Virus record (IMG/VR): IMGVR_UViG_3300032221_000327
DNA from: an uncultured virus (IMG/VR IMGVR_UViG_3300032221_000327)
Taxonomy: Duplodnaviria; Heunggongvirae; Uroviricota; Caudoviricetes
Length of the DNA stretch: 64,000 nucleotides
Reading direction: 5' to 3' (one strand)
This document shows positions 26,032-36,265 of the stretch, piece after piece; positions within the stretch are counted from its first letter, which is position 1, and each line of letters starts with the position of its first letter. The translations under genes and the position numbers were made by a program. The notes under the pieces are model-generated. The model was not told the DNA's origin and searched no databases. It saw only the letters and a program-made list of their open reading frames with translations.

Positions 26032-26418
26032 ATGCTGATTGCATATCGCCCTGAACTTGAAAATCCACCCCGTGAAGGTGGACTCGGCGTCGTCACTGAT
26101 GCCGGCATGATTCAGCTCAGCCCCGGCGTGAACCTTGACGTTCCTGAGACGAAATGGGCACAAGCCCGTCTCAACCTCACCGTCAAGCGCCTGATGGCCA
26201 TTGGTGCCATTGAGGAACTGAAAGAACAGGCAACTGTGAAGGACGTTCCCCAAAGCATTGATGCCCTCGCCAGCCTGCCCCTGTCCGAAGCACTCCGCAT
26301 TCTTGAAGTGATGCACGACACTGAGCAACTTGCTGATTGGGTGAAGGTGGAAGGCCGCACTCGCGTCCGTGCCGCCATTCGTCGGCGCCTGGAAACCATC
26401 CGCATCGGGAAGGCTTGA
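26032..26418 (+). CDS. hypothetical virion assembly protein
   Basis: Position after capsid gene. Confidence 0.7.
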   Translation: MLIAYRPELENPPREGGLGVVTDAGMIQLSPGVNLDVPETKWAQARLNLTVKRLMAIGAIEELKEQATVKDVPQSIDALASLPLSEALRILEVMHDTEQLADWVKVEGRTRVRAAIRRRLETIRIGKA

Positions 26419-26420
26419 TC

Positions 26421-26735
26421 ATGGCAGTGACTATTGCCAGTTTCCTTGATAGGTTCCCTGAGTTCATTCCCCATCCATCGGGAATTGTCAATGGGGCCAT
26501 CACGGAAGCAACGGCAGATGTGAACGCAGATGTGTTTGGCAGCCAAACCGATCGCGCTGTTAAGCACCTTGCTGCTCACATCATTGCCATTCAGCTTGCA
26601 CAAATGGGCGTTCAGATTGGCGCCACTGACGGCAAGGTGTATGGCGAGGGACTGGAGGCCACTCAGTATGGCCAAGAGTACCTACGGATGCTCACTTTCG
26701 TCTCTGGATCTTCTTCCATTGGTTTCGTGGTATGA
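26421..26735 (+). CDS. head-tail adaptor (DUF4054-like)
   Basis: FLDRFPEF, LAAH, TQYGQEY. Confidence 0.8.
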   Translation: MAVTIASFLDRFPEFIPHPSGIVNGAITEATADVNADVFGSQTDRAVKHLAAHIIAIQLAQMGVQIGATDGKVYGEGLEATQYGQEYLRMLTFVSGSSSIGFVV

Positions 26736-27118
26736 ACGGACTGTCGCCACTCGCTAATGCCACTCTTGTGTGGCAAGTAGCTTCTGGCTATGTCCTTGAT
26801 GCCGCCACTGGCAACTACGTGTCAGTGTCCTCAGGAGTTGTGCATTATGCCACGTTGCGTCAAAAGCGCAATCCGCAGTATGACTACCTGCTGGGAGCCG
26901 ACACTACTGCCACCTACATGGAAGGCAGGCTGACCAACCCTTTAGCACTGTCTGGGGTGACGCCCGGCAGCAGCGCAGCCGCCACAATCAATGGAAGGGA
27001 AGGACGGTTTGAGCTGCTACCAAACGAGCAAATTGCTGAACACTACTGGCAGTTTCTCGGCACACCAATCAGAGGCATTTTTAGACTGGTTGGTAAAGGA
27101 AGCGTACAGAACGTCTGA
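26732..27118 (+). CDS. putative head closure protein
   Basis: Synteny and size. Confidence 0.6.
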   Translation: MNGLSPLANATLVWQVASGYVLDAATGNYVSVSSGVVHYATLRQKRNPQYDYLLGADTTATYMEGRLTNPLALSGVTPGSSAAATINGREGRFELLPNEQIAEHYWQFLGTPIRGIFRLVGKGSVQNV

Positions 27119-27154
27119 CGCTTAACCACTTTCTTCTCCATTGAGGATTCTCCA

Positions 27155-27733
27155 ATGCTCTACCACCCGACTGAACTGGTTAAGAGCCAAGACGTTATCG
27201 TGCGTATTGGCGCTATTGCGGGCACTGTCCGCCCAGTGATCACTCAGAGCGGCGCCACCTTCACGGTGTCGGGCGCTCCCACCCTGTACACGCTGCAGGC
27301 TGCTACCACGGCTTCCGTGGCCTTCAACGACGGCAATCAGGAGTTCTACCTCCTGGGCGGCGGCGGCTACGCTGACAGCGTGATCGTGACCAGCCAAGCC
27401 ACTGCTTCCATCACTTCCTACTTCCAAAAGGACGTTGATGGTTCCACCTTTGTGCCCAGCAGCTTTGACGAAGCCTTCCAAGTGGTTTCCGAAAGCCGCT
27501 ACAACAAGAACCATGAAGTGTACGTTGAAATCAACAAGCAACTTGGTTCCAGCGGCACCACCTTCTACTACGACCGCGTGGCCTACTGCGCTGTGGTGCA
27601 GGGCTACAACGAGAGCTACCCGGCGGACAACCTCGTTGAGGTGACTTTCGATCTGGTGAGTCGTGGCCGTATTGGCATCCACCAGGGCGCCACTTCCAGC
27701 GGTACGCTCATTCCCAGCGCCCCCAACTCCTGA
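27155..27733 (+). CDS. major tail tube protein
   Basis: Strong codon bias, beta-rich, PADNLVEVTFDL C-terminus, followed by terminator. Confidence 0.75.
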   Translation: MLYHPTELVKSQDVIVRIGAIAGTVRPVITQSGATFTVSGAPTLYTLQAATTASVAFNDGNQEFYLLGGGGYADSVIVTSQATASITSYFQKDVDGSTFVPSSFDEAFQVVSESRYNKNHEVYVEINKQLGSSGTTFYYDRVAYCAVVQGYNESYPADNLVEVTFDLVSRGRIGIHQGATSSGTLIPSAPNS

Positions 27734-27767
27734 TTGTTGGCCGCTTGAATTGATCGTGAATGTGTTA

Positions 27768-27790
27768 GCCTCCCTGTACAGGGGGGCTTT
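27768..27790 (+). terminator. intrinsic terminator-like hairpin
   Basis: AGCCTCCCTG-TA-CAGGGGGGCT-TT. Confidence 0.55.
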
Positions 27791-27795
27791 CGCTT

Positions 27796-28200
27796 GTGAA
27801 CTTACTGGAGCTGCGCGATACCATTGAAACCGTGCTGACCATCAGCCCTAGCCTGCTGGGTTGCTATGTGCTGCCAAACAATGTCACCATTCCAGCTTTG
27901 TACGTGACGGGGCGCACCAGCGTGGCGCCTGAGTGGAAAGTGCTTGGCCTGGAGGCCGCCATCCTACAGCAACCGTCCCTGGACCCTGCGCCGGGACTGG
28001 GCATCGTGGACCTGTTGAAGCAATGGGAAGTGATGCTGACGCAATACAAGCTTGATGGTAATGAAATGGGAGAGGCAATGGAAAGAATGGCTCGGCGGTT
28101 CCCTGATGCTGACTTGCGCCACCTGCGGGGGAGTGATGTGGCGTATGAGCGTTGTCGAATTATCATCCCTGACCGCGAAATCAAACTGCGACTGGTCTAA
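27796..28200 (+). CDS. putative tail terminator/completion protein
   Basis: Synteny and size. Confidence 0.55.
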   Translation: MNLLELRDTIETVLTISPSLLGCYVLPNNVTIPALYVTGRTSVAPEWKVLGLEAAILQQPSLDPAPGLGIVDLLKQWEVMLTQYKLDGNEMGEAMERMARRFPDADLRHLRGSDVAYERCRIIIPDREIKLRLV

Positions 28201-28202
28201 GC

Positions 28203-28661
28203 ATGGCCACACTTAATGCCACCATTGTCAACTTCAAGGCTGTGGAGCGGGCGTTGCTGGGAGCGTTTGAGGAGTGGGCCACTGAGGACATTAACGATGC
28301 GTATTGGGACGATCAATTCCTAGACATGGGGCTGTGGCCGTACAACAATGAAACCAGGCGCAGCAATGGCGAAGTGGTGGATAGCCCGCGAGATATTTAC
28401 GACTTGGGCGACTTGTACAGAAGCGGCAAGGAAAGCTATGTCGTCACCATCGCTCCACAACAGGCCACTGCATCGTGGCAGTGGCTGGACTACGGCTACT
28501 ACGTTCACTACGGCACAGGCAGTAACGTAACAGCCCGCCCGTTCACTGATGATATTGCTTTGGTTGCATCGTTCTTCCGGCGGGCGCCTGGCAAGGCATT
28601 CGTACGTAGAGTGCAGACAGCCTTGGACAGAATCAATGCCCCAAATCGACTGCCTAGTTAG
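28203..28661 (+). CDS. putative tail completion protein (HK97 gp10-like)
   Basis: DLGDLYRS, YGYYVHYGT, ARPF. Confidence 0.6.
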   Translation: MATLNATIVNFKAVERALLGAFEEWATEDINDAYWDDQFLDMGLWPYNNETRRSNGEVVDSPRDIYDLGDLYRSGKESYVVTIAPQQATASWQWLDYGYYVHYGTGSNVTARPFTDDIALVASFFRRAPGKAFVRRVQTALDRINAPNRLPS

Positions 28662-28878
28662 CGACGACTCCCGTTTTCATGCCATCAACTGCTCTGTAGA
28701 AGGGAGTGCAATGGAGGTGGGTATTGTTTGCGCCGTGTCTTGCCAAGAAACCACCGTTAGAATCAGCAGCGACACAGACGCCTTTGTCGTGGAACTTCCG
28801 AAAGAGCTTCTTTCTGGCAGTGAACGAGTGAAGGCTTTTAACATCCTCTTGAACATCTTGAGCCATGAGCAAGTATAG
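28636..28878 (+). CDS. hypothetical protein
   Basis: 80-aa ORF overlapping neighbours. Confidence 0.55.
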   Translation: MPQIDCLVSDDSRFHAINCSVEGSAMEVGIVCAVSCQETTVRISSDTDAFVVELPKELLSGSERVKAFNILLNILSHEQV

Positions 28879-29410
28879 TTTCCTCCTGCAAGGCACCGAA
28901 ACTGAATACGCGGAACTGTCTCCGACGCTGCGGCTGCGCAAGTATGGCGGGTGGTTGGTGGCGGAAGCCATTGAGCAGGAAGAACTGTCAAAGGCTCAAA
29001 GCCAGGCCACCATCCGCGCTGTGCAACTGGCCAAGCGCATCGCTACGGTCAAGGGCATTGAGCTTGACGCTGCGTTTGAGCTGCTGCAGGGTGGTGGCGG
29101 CATGGACGAAATGGACCTGCTCAGCGACTTCACGGACGACACCCTGGCGATGCTCAGCAGCAGCACCAGCATGGAACTGTCCAATGCAAAGCTGGTGACT
29201 GTGTTCATGCGCTGCCGAGGGGAAGCCCTGATGGACGGCTCTTGGAAGTCCACTGACGACTGGACGCTGGACGACACCAAGCTCATGGGCAGGCCCATGA
29301 TCAGCCAGGCGCTGGAGTTCATTGCAGCGGAGCAAGCTGCGGAGGTGAAGCCCGCAAAAAAAGCGCAGAAGGCGAAGGCGGAAGTACCGGCAGCCGAGCC
29401 CAGCAACTAG
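28865..29410 (+). CDS. tail assembly chaperone (G-like)
   Basis: Upstream of tape measure; slippery A7 run near 3' end. Confidence 0.75.
   Translation: MSKYSFLLQGTETEYAELSPTLRLRKYGGWLVAEAIEQEELSKAQSQATIRAVQLAKRIATVKGIELDAAFELLQGGGGMDEMDLLSDFTDDTLAMLSSSTSMELSNAKLVTVFMRCRGEALMDGSWKSTDDWTLDDTKLMGRPMISQALEFIAAEQAAEVKPAKKAQKAKAEVPAAEPSN
29356..29362 (+). other. programmed -1 ribosomal frameshift site
   Basis: A AAA AAA in frame; -1 frame open without stop to 29841. Confidence 0.8.
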
Positions 29411-29841
29411 AAGATCAGGCGCGGGCAGTCCTGAAGAACATCACTCCATGGAATGACTTGTACTTCAGGCTGTCTGCATCGGACTACAAGGATGAACGGT
29501 GGACTGCTGACAACTTCGGCAAGCAACGAGTGCAGGACGTTACGGCTGCATTGCGATGGATTGAGAAGCATGATATTGCCAAGTACAACTTCCTGAGCGT
29601 GTCCACTGCAAAGTTGAGCACAGTGGTGCTTGGTGCATTGGGCGGCAAGAAGGCGAAAGCCGCCGTTGAGGACTTCCTGCCGTTTGACACGCGCAAGCTG
29701 AAGAAAGAGAACGGCTTGACAGACGAAAGCCTGATCGTGCTGCGGCGCCTGATGGCCACTCGCAGGATGGACGGCAGGGTGATTGCACTGTTGGCTGATG
29801 AACTGAAGGCAGCGGCCAGCCGCCTTGACCACAAGGAATAG
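29362..29841 (+). CDS. tail assembly chaperone frameshift extension (T-like)
   Basis: No strong independent start; continuous with -1 frame from the slippery site. Confidence 0.7.
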   Translation, partial: SAEGEGGSTGSRAQQLEDQARAVLKNITPWNDLYFRLSASDYKDERWTADNFGKQRVQDVTAALRWIEKHDIAKYNFLSVSTAKLSTVVLGALGGKKAKAAVEDFLPFDTRKLKKENGLTDESLIVLRRLMATRRMDGRVIALLADELKAAASRLDHKE

Positions 29842-29885
29842 AGCTGAGACTTGCTACAGTACGGAATAATAGTGCGCGTCATACA

Positions 29886-32800
29886 ATGGCCGAAGGAGCG
29901 GGCAACGTACAGCTAAGGCTCCAGGCGAGTTTGGACCTTGCCTACATGCGAGGGCAGTTGGCCAGCCTGTCCAGCCTGTCCAAAAGCTACCCACTCATCC
30001 TCGCGCCTCAAATTGACTCGCGCAAGCTCACGGAACTTGTCAAGGGGATCAGCAAGCAACTGGTTCTGAAGGTCAACGATAGTCAAGTGACGGGGCTGAT
30101 CGCTCGTCTTGACAGTGCAAAGGCTCGGCTGAGTGAACTGCAAACTGCGGCGAATAAGGTTCAAGTTAAGGTTAGTGGCCAGGCATCAGTCAACCAGAAA
30201 GAAGCTCGCAAGATTCGCTCTGGCGTGTATCGGGAGATTGTGGCCAATGGCGGCAAGATTCTGCTGCCAGTTGGCCTGAAGCCTGTTTCTAGCGATGCTA
30301 TTAGCAAGTTCAAGGCTGATCTCCAGCAGAAGCTTGGTTCTATCACCATTGAAGTGGAAGCCAGCGTTCGACAGAGCGCGAAACAAGGTGCAGGCGGCAA
30401 GAGTGCTGCGCAGATTGATGCGGAAGTGCAAGAAGGGCTGCGGCACATTCAAGAGAAAGGCGCCCAGCGATTTGCGGGCACCTCTGGCGTCAATGTCACG
30501 GAAGCTGCTGTCCGAGAGCAACTGCGGTCCAACATTCGAGAATTAACGGTTGACGGGCTCAAGAAACTTGCAAAGCAAATGCAAGTAACCGGCTACAGCG
30601 GCTTGAGGAAAGATCCGCTGATTGACAAGATTGTCGCGGAAGCATCGTACGAGATGATCAAGCGACATCTCAACGTGCAGGGCATGATGCAAAGGGGCGG
30701 CACTGGGCTTTCGCGTCTTCTTGGGCGGGGCACAGCAGAGGGCGGGCGCTCTTTCTCTGCGACCGGCGGCGCAATGGTCAATGCGTCACAGCAATTTGTT
30801 GACACCATTACGCAGGCAATGCAGAAAAGCAGGGCCTTGCTGTCAAGGAGCTTAAACAGCCTAACCGGAGGCGGTTTCGCTCAGAGGCGTCAAGAGGTTC
30901 GGCAAACAAGTCAATGGCACGCTAATCAGCTAAACGCCCGCCAATTCCCAGACGCAGCGTTTATGCGGAGTTCTTATACGGTCAGCCCCCGTGGCCGAAT
31001 GGTTCCCCTGCAGTTTCCGCTGTCCCAGCCCGCGCAGCTTAGGCCATCTTCTGGCGGCACTGGAGCGGGCGCTGGTGGTGGCTTTAGCGGGGGTGCTGGT
31101 GGCGGCTTTGGCGGCACTGGCGGTGGTGCTGGTGGAGGTTCTGGTGGAGGCACTGGTGGAGGCGCTGGTGGCAGTGCTGGTGGCAGTGCTGGTACTCGGC
31201 TGACCGCAGCACGCATTGGTCAACTACGTGCCCAACTGCAAGAATACAACCGGCTAATGGAGTTGGCTCGCAGGGCTTCTAGCGAGTTTCGCATCGCTCA
31301 ACTGCCAGTCATTGGTGGCCTGCGGGAGCTGGGTGGTGAGTTTGCTAATGCCGCTAAGCAAGTGTTGCTCTACGGCACCGCATATCGTGGATTGGCTTTC
31401 CTCACGGCACTACCGGGCAATATGCTCAATGCCGCTAAGGCTCAGCAGCAATATAACAATGCCTTGCAAGTGGCAACGCAAGAGTCAGGCACGCTCGCCA
31501 AGGAACTGCTGTTTGTTGATAACGTGCAGCGGGCATTTGGCCTGAACCTGCAAACAACAAGGGACGGCTTTGTGCGTCTCTATGCGTCAATGTCTCCCGC
31601 CGGCTTTGATTCCGGCTCCATTGAAAAACTCTTCACGGGCATCAGCGCAGCAACGGCGGCATTGCAGCTCACGCCAGATCGTGCGGAGCGAGTGATCTAT
31701 GCCTTTGGCCAAATGGCCAGCAAAGGGCAAGTGATGAGCGAAGAACTGAAAGGCCAGTTGGGCGATGTGCTGCCTGGCGCATTGTCAATCTTCGCCAAGG
31801 CTGCGGGCAAGAGCGTTAAGGAGTTCAACGCTGATCTAGAGAAGGGGGTGTATAGCGGCACTCGATTCCGAGAGCTGATGACTTCCGTGACGGACGAGCT
31901 GCTGAATCGCTTTAGCAGTGGCGCCATGGTGGCTGGCCGATCCTTGCAGGGGATGCTGAACGTCCTGCAAAGCGACTTCCAGCGCACCCTTGAATCACTC
32001 TCTCCATTGGCCGACTCTGCAGCAAAAGCATTGCTGCTGCCCCTGTCGGGCGGACTGCGGCAGTTCTCAACTGCGGCGCAAATTGCTACCGGCGAAGTGG
32101 AAAGACTGAAGCAGCAAATGGCCGATGCGCAACAAGTGGTGCAAGGCTTGCGTGACAATGGTGGCAGTGCTGCTGACATTCAGGCTGCAGAACGCAATGT
32201 ACTGGCGTTGCAATCTCGCTATGAGCAACTCAATGTTGCCATGCAGAATCCAGCCGTGGCACAGCAGGCTGCTGATATTCAGCGGTTCACTGCGGAACTA
32301 GCAAAGGCAGGCACTTTTGTGTTGAACACGGCCAAGGCGATTGGCTCCGTGCTGCGTCCGGCGCTAGCTGTTCTGGGCACCAATCTAACCAGTGTGGTTG
32401 GAACGCTATTGACAGTGGTTGCTGGCTTCCAAGCAGCACGGCTGTCGATGATGCTGCTGCTGGGCGCCATGACCCTGCTTCGCGTGACCGCAGCAGCGTT
32501 AGGACTAGGCAAGGCTGCATTGTCTGCAGGGTCGTTTGCCACAGCCTTGCAAGTGCTAGGTGTTCAGGCAGCGGGCGCTCGCGTGCAAATGGTGGGGCTT
32601 AAGTGGGCGGTGGGCGCATTGGTTGCCTCTACTTTTATCGGGCTTGTGGTGGCGGGCATTGCTACGCTCATCGGCCAGTATGCAGCACTAGGTAATGCAG
32701 CAGAAGATGCTGCTAATAAGACGAAATCAATGCTGGATGCGGCTAACGACGCAGCTTTGTCTGGCAATCCTGAACTGCTTACTGGGCCGATTGCGCAAAC

Positions 32801-35800
32801 AGGTGCCGACATTAGAGACCTCGGGGAAGCGAGGCAACGGCTAAGAAGGTTACCTGGTACCACTGCACAGCGAGTTGCCGCAGGTTACATGCCTGTTGCT
32901 GGCCTTGCGACTGCTGGCGAGCAACGCCCGTCGCCGGGGCTAACTGGCGCTGCATATCGAGCTGTGACGACAGCTCCTATTAAGGCCGCTGCGTTCCCAT
33001 CGGACTTGCGTCGTGACCTGGGAATGCTGGGCGTCAATGTACCAGTCACTGGCTCCATTGATGTTGAGGGCCTTAAGAGGCAGGTTGACGAGCGACTGAA
33101 AGAACGAACCAGCACCTTGGGGACATTGCGCGAAAAGCAGTCTTTTGGCGCCAGGAGAAAGGGGATGATGGGGGTGTCCCAGCCTGGCGCTATGCCCCCC
33201 ATTACTGAAGCCGACGCTACAACGGACGAGGCCCGCCAGAAGGCAGAAGATGCTCGCCGGAAAGCGTTTGATAAGGCTCAGGCTGACTTGGAAAGACTGA
33301 ACAACCAGAGGCAGCAACTGCTCACCGCTACAGCCGATCACGAAGCCGGTCTCAGGGAGCTGAATTTTGACAGGGAACAAAGCCTCGCAGAAGAGCGTTA
33401 TGAAAACGCAAAGGGATTGATTGACGCTGAATACGATTATCGCCTTACCCGCGCCAATGAGGTGCAGGCGGTGCAGCTTAATCTTGAGAAAAAACTAGCA
33501 GAAGCTCGCCTGAACAGTGCTAAGGCCATTGAAATGACTGCGTTACGCCTAGACGCAGCGCGACTGCAAGTGGAAAATGCACAAGCCAAGAGGGCCGCAG
33601 CGGAGCAGGCCGGTGCGCTTGCACTGGACACAACTAGCGCCCCATCCGCGCCAGTATTGCCGCCTCCCGCTCAGGGCGATCAGGGGGTCTACATTGCGCA
33701 AACGCTACAGTCGGCGCTGAGAATTAGCGCAGCACAGGCGGCGGGCATTGTGGGCAACTTCATGCGCGAGTCAGGGCTAAACCCTCGCGTCAATGAAGGT
33801 GGCGCAGTTGGGATGCCTAGGGGAGTGGGTGGTTACGGACTTGCTCAGTGGACTGGCAGCCGACAGACCGACTTGGTTCGCTTTGCTGGCGGCGGTCGCC
33901 AAGCGGGCGATCTGCAAACACAGCTTCGTTTTGTAGTTAGCGAGTTGATGGGGCCAGAGGCCAATGCGTTGCGACAACTTCGTGGCACACAAGGCCCCGA
34001 GCATGCGGCAGTGGTCTTTGACAAGTATTACGAACGATCAGGAATCAAGGCACTGGGAGAGCGGCAGGCTAATGCGCGTAGTGTATTCACTCGCATGGGC
34101 GGCGCACCTGCTTCGGGCCCCGTGTTTTCAATGCAACGACGCGAGCAGGGAATTGAGTTCAGCGTGGAGCAGGCTGAAGCGGAAGAGCGCGTAGCCAAGC
34201 AGGCTGAAGAAGCTAAGCTCCTGAACATCCTCCTGAAAGACGTTCGTCAAACGGCGATTGACGTAGCGAGTGCGATTGGGCAAGTATTGCCCGTCGAGCA
34301 GCTCAAGCTAGAGAACCAGCTACTGGCTGAGCGCAATCAGCTCACGCTTGCTGGTGCCCCCGATGAAATCATTCAATCCACCGAAAAACTGACAACAGCA
34401 AAAGCACAGGCCGTCAGCATTGAAGCGGGCTTGCTTTCTCAGATTGCCGAAACCAAGAAAGAAAGCGCACGGTACAAAGATCAACTGGACAAAAACCTGA
34501 TCAGCGAGAGTCGTTATGCTCTTGTTGTTGCTCAGAATACACAGCTCATTGAGAAATACGAAGCAGGATTAGCCGAGCTTCCTAAGCGGATGCAGGCTTT
34601 CACTCTGCAAACGCTTAGCAACACTCTTGCTCAGATTCGGAACGCCGATGCCATGAAGGCAGTGGAAGAAGCGGTGGCGATGGTGGAAGGAGCTGTGTCT
34701 GGAGCAATCTCCAGCTACAAGGGCTTTGTTTCTGAGGTGTTGCAGGGCGGGGACATTCGGGAGGCTGCGCAGAAGCTCCAAAACGCATTGTCAGAGCAAG
34801 TGATCACAATGTTCTTGGACTTCTCCATGAAGCCCATGCAGCAGTTCTTCGAGAAGGAGCTGAAGCGAATGTTCAACTTGCCAGACGAGGAGACACTGAG
34901 GGCTCAGGAGATTCAGCGACTGGAGGCATTGATCGCTGCACTAGACAGAAACACTGTCGCTGTCACCGGCCCTAGCGGTGCTGCGCCTGCTGCTCCCTCC
35001 GCTCCTTCTGTGCCTTCCGCCCCTGTGGCCCCCGCTGCCGCAGACGGCTCTACGGGCCCCATGTCAATCCCCGTGGTGCCATTCCAAGAGGGCCGTCAAG
35101 CGTTCCCCTTGCCCCCTGCAGTGCCCATGCCCCTTGTCCCTGCCATTGTCCCACCTTCCGCTGTCGCCCCCACTGCAGAGGCCCTGGCGCCGGTCACAGA
35201 GGCCATCCAGGAAACGGGCAAGGTGGCCGAAGATGCAGCACCCAAGTTGGCAGCCAACACTGAACAGTTCAAGTTTACGATGGGAAGCACGGTGCAGGCT
35301 TTCGGTATGGCCGTTGGCGCTATCACCAGCATTGTGGCGGGTATCAGCCAGATGAAGAAAGGCGGCGTGTCGGGCGTGCTTGGGGGCCTAGGGTCCATCT
35401 TCATGGGCGTGGGCGGCGCCATTGGTGGCTTCGGCAATATGTTCAAGCCTGCTGCCCCAATAGCAGCAGCCACTGGGTTCAAGCTGTTCGCCAATGGTGG
35501 AGTGGTACATGGGCCAACGCTGGGCATGGTTGGTGAAGGGCGTTATAGCGAAGCAGTGGTGCCACTGCCGGATGGGCGCAACATTCCCGTGCAGATGCGT
35601 GGAGGCAGTGCCTCCAGGGAACTGCTGAATGATCGCAGTGCTGGTGGTGCCGCTTCTCCGATTCTCTCCATGAGCTTCCAGTCCACTAGATTTGGAGGCA
35701 AGGATTACGTGGATGTGGAGCAGTTGGAGCAGGCAATGGCGGAAACAGAACGGCGGGCCGTGCGTGGTGGTGCATCCAGGGGCGCATCACTGGCCCTTGA

Positions 35801-35849
35801 TCGCCTGCAACATTCCCCCACCACCCGCAAGAAAGTGGGGCTTCGCTGA
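29886..35849 (+). CDS. tape measure protein with tail lysozyme domain
   Basis: AFGQMASKGQVMSEELKGQLGD; AAGIVGNFMRESG…GLAQWTGSR…YYERSG; C-terminal FANGG…GEGRYSEAVVPL. Confidence 0.92.
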   Translation: MAEGAGNVQLRLQASLDLAYMRGQLASLSSLSKSYPLILAPQIDSRKLTELVKGISKQLVLKVNDSQVTGLIARLDSAKARLSELQTAANKVQVKVSGQASVNQKEARKIRSGVYREIVANGGKILLPVGLKPVSSDAISKFKADLQQKLGSITIEVEASVRQSAKQGAGGKSAAQIDAEVQEGLRHIQEKGAQRFAGTSGVNVTEAAVREQLRSNIRELTVDGLKKLAKQMQVTGYSGLRKDPLIDKIVAEASYEMIKRHLNVQGMMQRGGTGLSRLLGRGTAEGGRSFSATGGAMVNASQQFVDTITQAMQKSRALLSRSLNSLTGGGFAQRRQEVRQTSQWHANQLNARQFPDAAFMRSSYTVSPRGRMVPLQFPLSQPAQLRPSSGGTGAGAGGGFSGGAGGGFGGTGGGAGGGSGGGTGGGAGGSAGGSAGTRLTAARIGQLRAQLQEYNRLMELARRASSEFRIAQLPVIGGLRELGGEFANAAKQVLLYGTAYRGLAFLTALPGNMLNAAKAQQQYNNALQVATQESGTLAKELLFVDNVQRAFGLNLQTTRDGFVRLYASMSPAGFDSGSIEKLFTGISAATAALQLTPDRAERVIYAFGQMASKGQVMSEELKGQLGDVLPGALSIFAKAAGKSVKEFNADLEKGVYSGTRFRELMTSVTDELLNRFSSGAMVAGRSLQGMLNVLQSDFQRTLESLSPLADSAAKALLLPLSGGLRQFSTAAQIATGEVERLKQQMADAQQVVQGLRDNGGSAADIQAAERNVLALQSRYEQLNVAMQNPAVAQQAADIQRFTAELAKAGTFVLNTAKAIGSVLRPALAVLGTNLTSVVGTLLTVVAGFQAARLSMMLLLGAMTLLRVTAAALGLGKAALSAGSFATALQVLGVQAAGARVQMVGLKWAVGALVASTFIGLVVAGIATLIGQYAALGNAAEDAANKTKSMLDAANDAALSGNPELLTGPIAQTGADIRDLGEARQRLRRLPGTTAQRVAAGYMPVAGLATAGEQRPSPGLTGAAYRAVTTAPIKAAAFPSDLRRDLGMLGVNVPVTGSIDVEGLKRQVDERLKERTSTLGTLREKQSFGARRKGMMGVSQPGAMPPITEADATTDEARQKAEDARRKAFDKAQADLERLNNQRQQLLTATADHEAGLRELNFDREQSLAEERYENAKGLIDAEYDYRLTRANEVQAVQLNLEKKLAEARLNSAKAIEMTALRLDAARLQVENAQAKRAAAEQAGALALDTTSAPSAPVLPPPAQGDQGVYIAQTLQSALRISAAQAAGIVGNFMRESGLNPRVNEGGAVGMPRGVGGYGLAQWTGSRQTDLVRFAGGGRQAGDLQTQLRFVVSELMGPEANALRQLRGTQGPEHAAVVFDKYYERSGIKALGERQANARSVFTRMGGAPASGPVFSMQRREQGIEFSVEQAEAEERVAKQAEEAKLLNILLKDVRQTAIDVASAIGQVLPVEQLKLENQLLAERNQLTLAGAPDEIIQSTEKLTTAKAQAVSIEAGLLSQIAETKKESARYKDQLDKNLISESRYALVVAQNTQLIEKYEAGLAELPKRMQAFTLQTLSNTLAQIRNADAMKAVEEAVAMVEGAVSGAISSYKGFVSEVLQGGDIREAAQKLQNALSEQVITMFLDFSMKPMQQFFEKELKRMFNLPDEETLRAQEIQRLEALIAALDRNTVAVTGPSGAAPAAPSAPSVPSAPVAPAAADGSTGPMSIPVVPFQEGRQAFPLPPAVPMPLVPAIVPPSAVAPTAEALAPVTEAIQETGKVAEDAAPKLAANTEQFKFTMGSTVQAFGMAVGAITSIVAGISQMKKGGVSGVLGGLGSIFMGVGGAIGGFGNMFKPAAPIAAATGFKLFANGGVVHGPTLGMVGEGRYSEAVVPLPDGRNIPVQMRGGSASRELLNDRSAGGAASPILSMSFQSTRFGGKDYVDVEQLEQAMAETERRAVRGGASRGASLALDRLQHSPTTRKKVGLR

Positions 35850-35851
35850 TC

Positions 35852-36265
35852 ATGGCTGACTTTCCTTCGCTTCATAACTCCAAGATTATTCGCCCTACCA
35901 ATAGGGAGTTTTCCCTGGGAGAATACCCAGTCAAAGTATATCGCACCATGTCAGGCGCGATTCGCAAGCGGAGCTTTGGCCTTTTTCCATCGTCCTATAC
36001 TATGGAGCTTGAGTATGCCAATGTCATAGAAGGCATTGTTGCAATGTTCTTCGACCACTACCACGGACAGCAGGGATCTACGCTCGGCTTTCGCATTCCT
36101 AAGGCAGTGTTTGACGGTTATCAAGATCCTATTTGGGAGCGTTTTGCATATAGCATGAACGCGCAATCTATCCAGTGGTTTTACACTGAATCGCCTCGCG
36201 TGGTGAGTGGCTTCAATGGATTAAGCACAGTGTCGATCGCCTTGTCGGGAGAGCTGGTGGCATGA
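35852..36265 (+). CDS. distal tail protein
   Basis: Immediately after tape measure; typical size. Confidence 0.65.
   Translation: MADFPSLHNSKIIRPTNREFSLGEYPVKVYRTMSGAIRKRSFGLFPSSYTMELEYANVIEGIVAMFFDHYHGQQGSTLGFRIPKAVFDGYQDPIWERFAYSMNAQSIQWFYTESPRVVSGFNGLSTVSIALSGELVA

Noticed and set aside
23858..26068. 736-aa minus-strand ORF
   Set aside because: Antisense shadow of strongly codon-biased scaffold, decoration and capsid genes; no recognisable motifs
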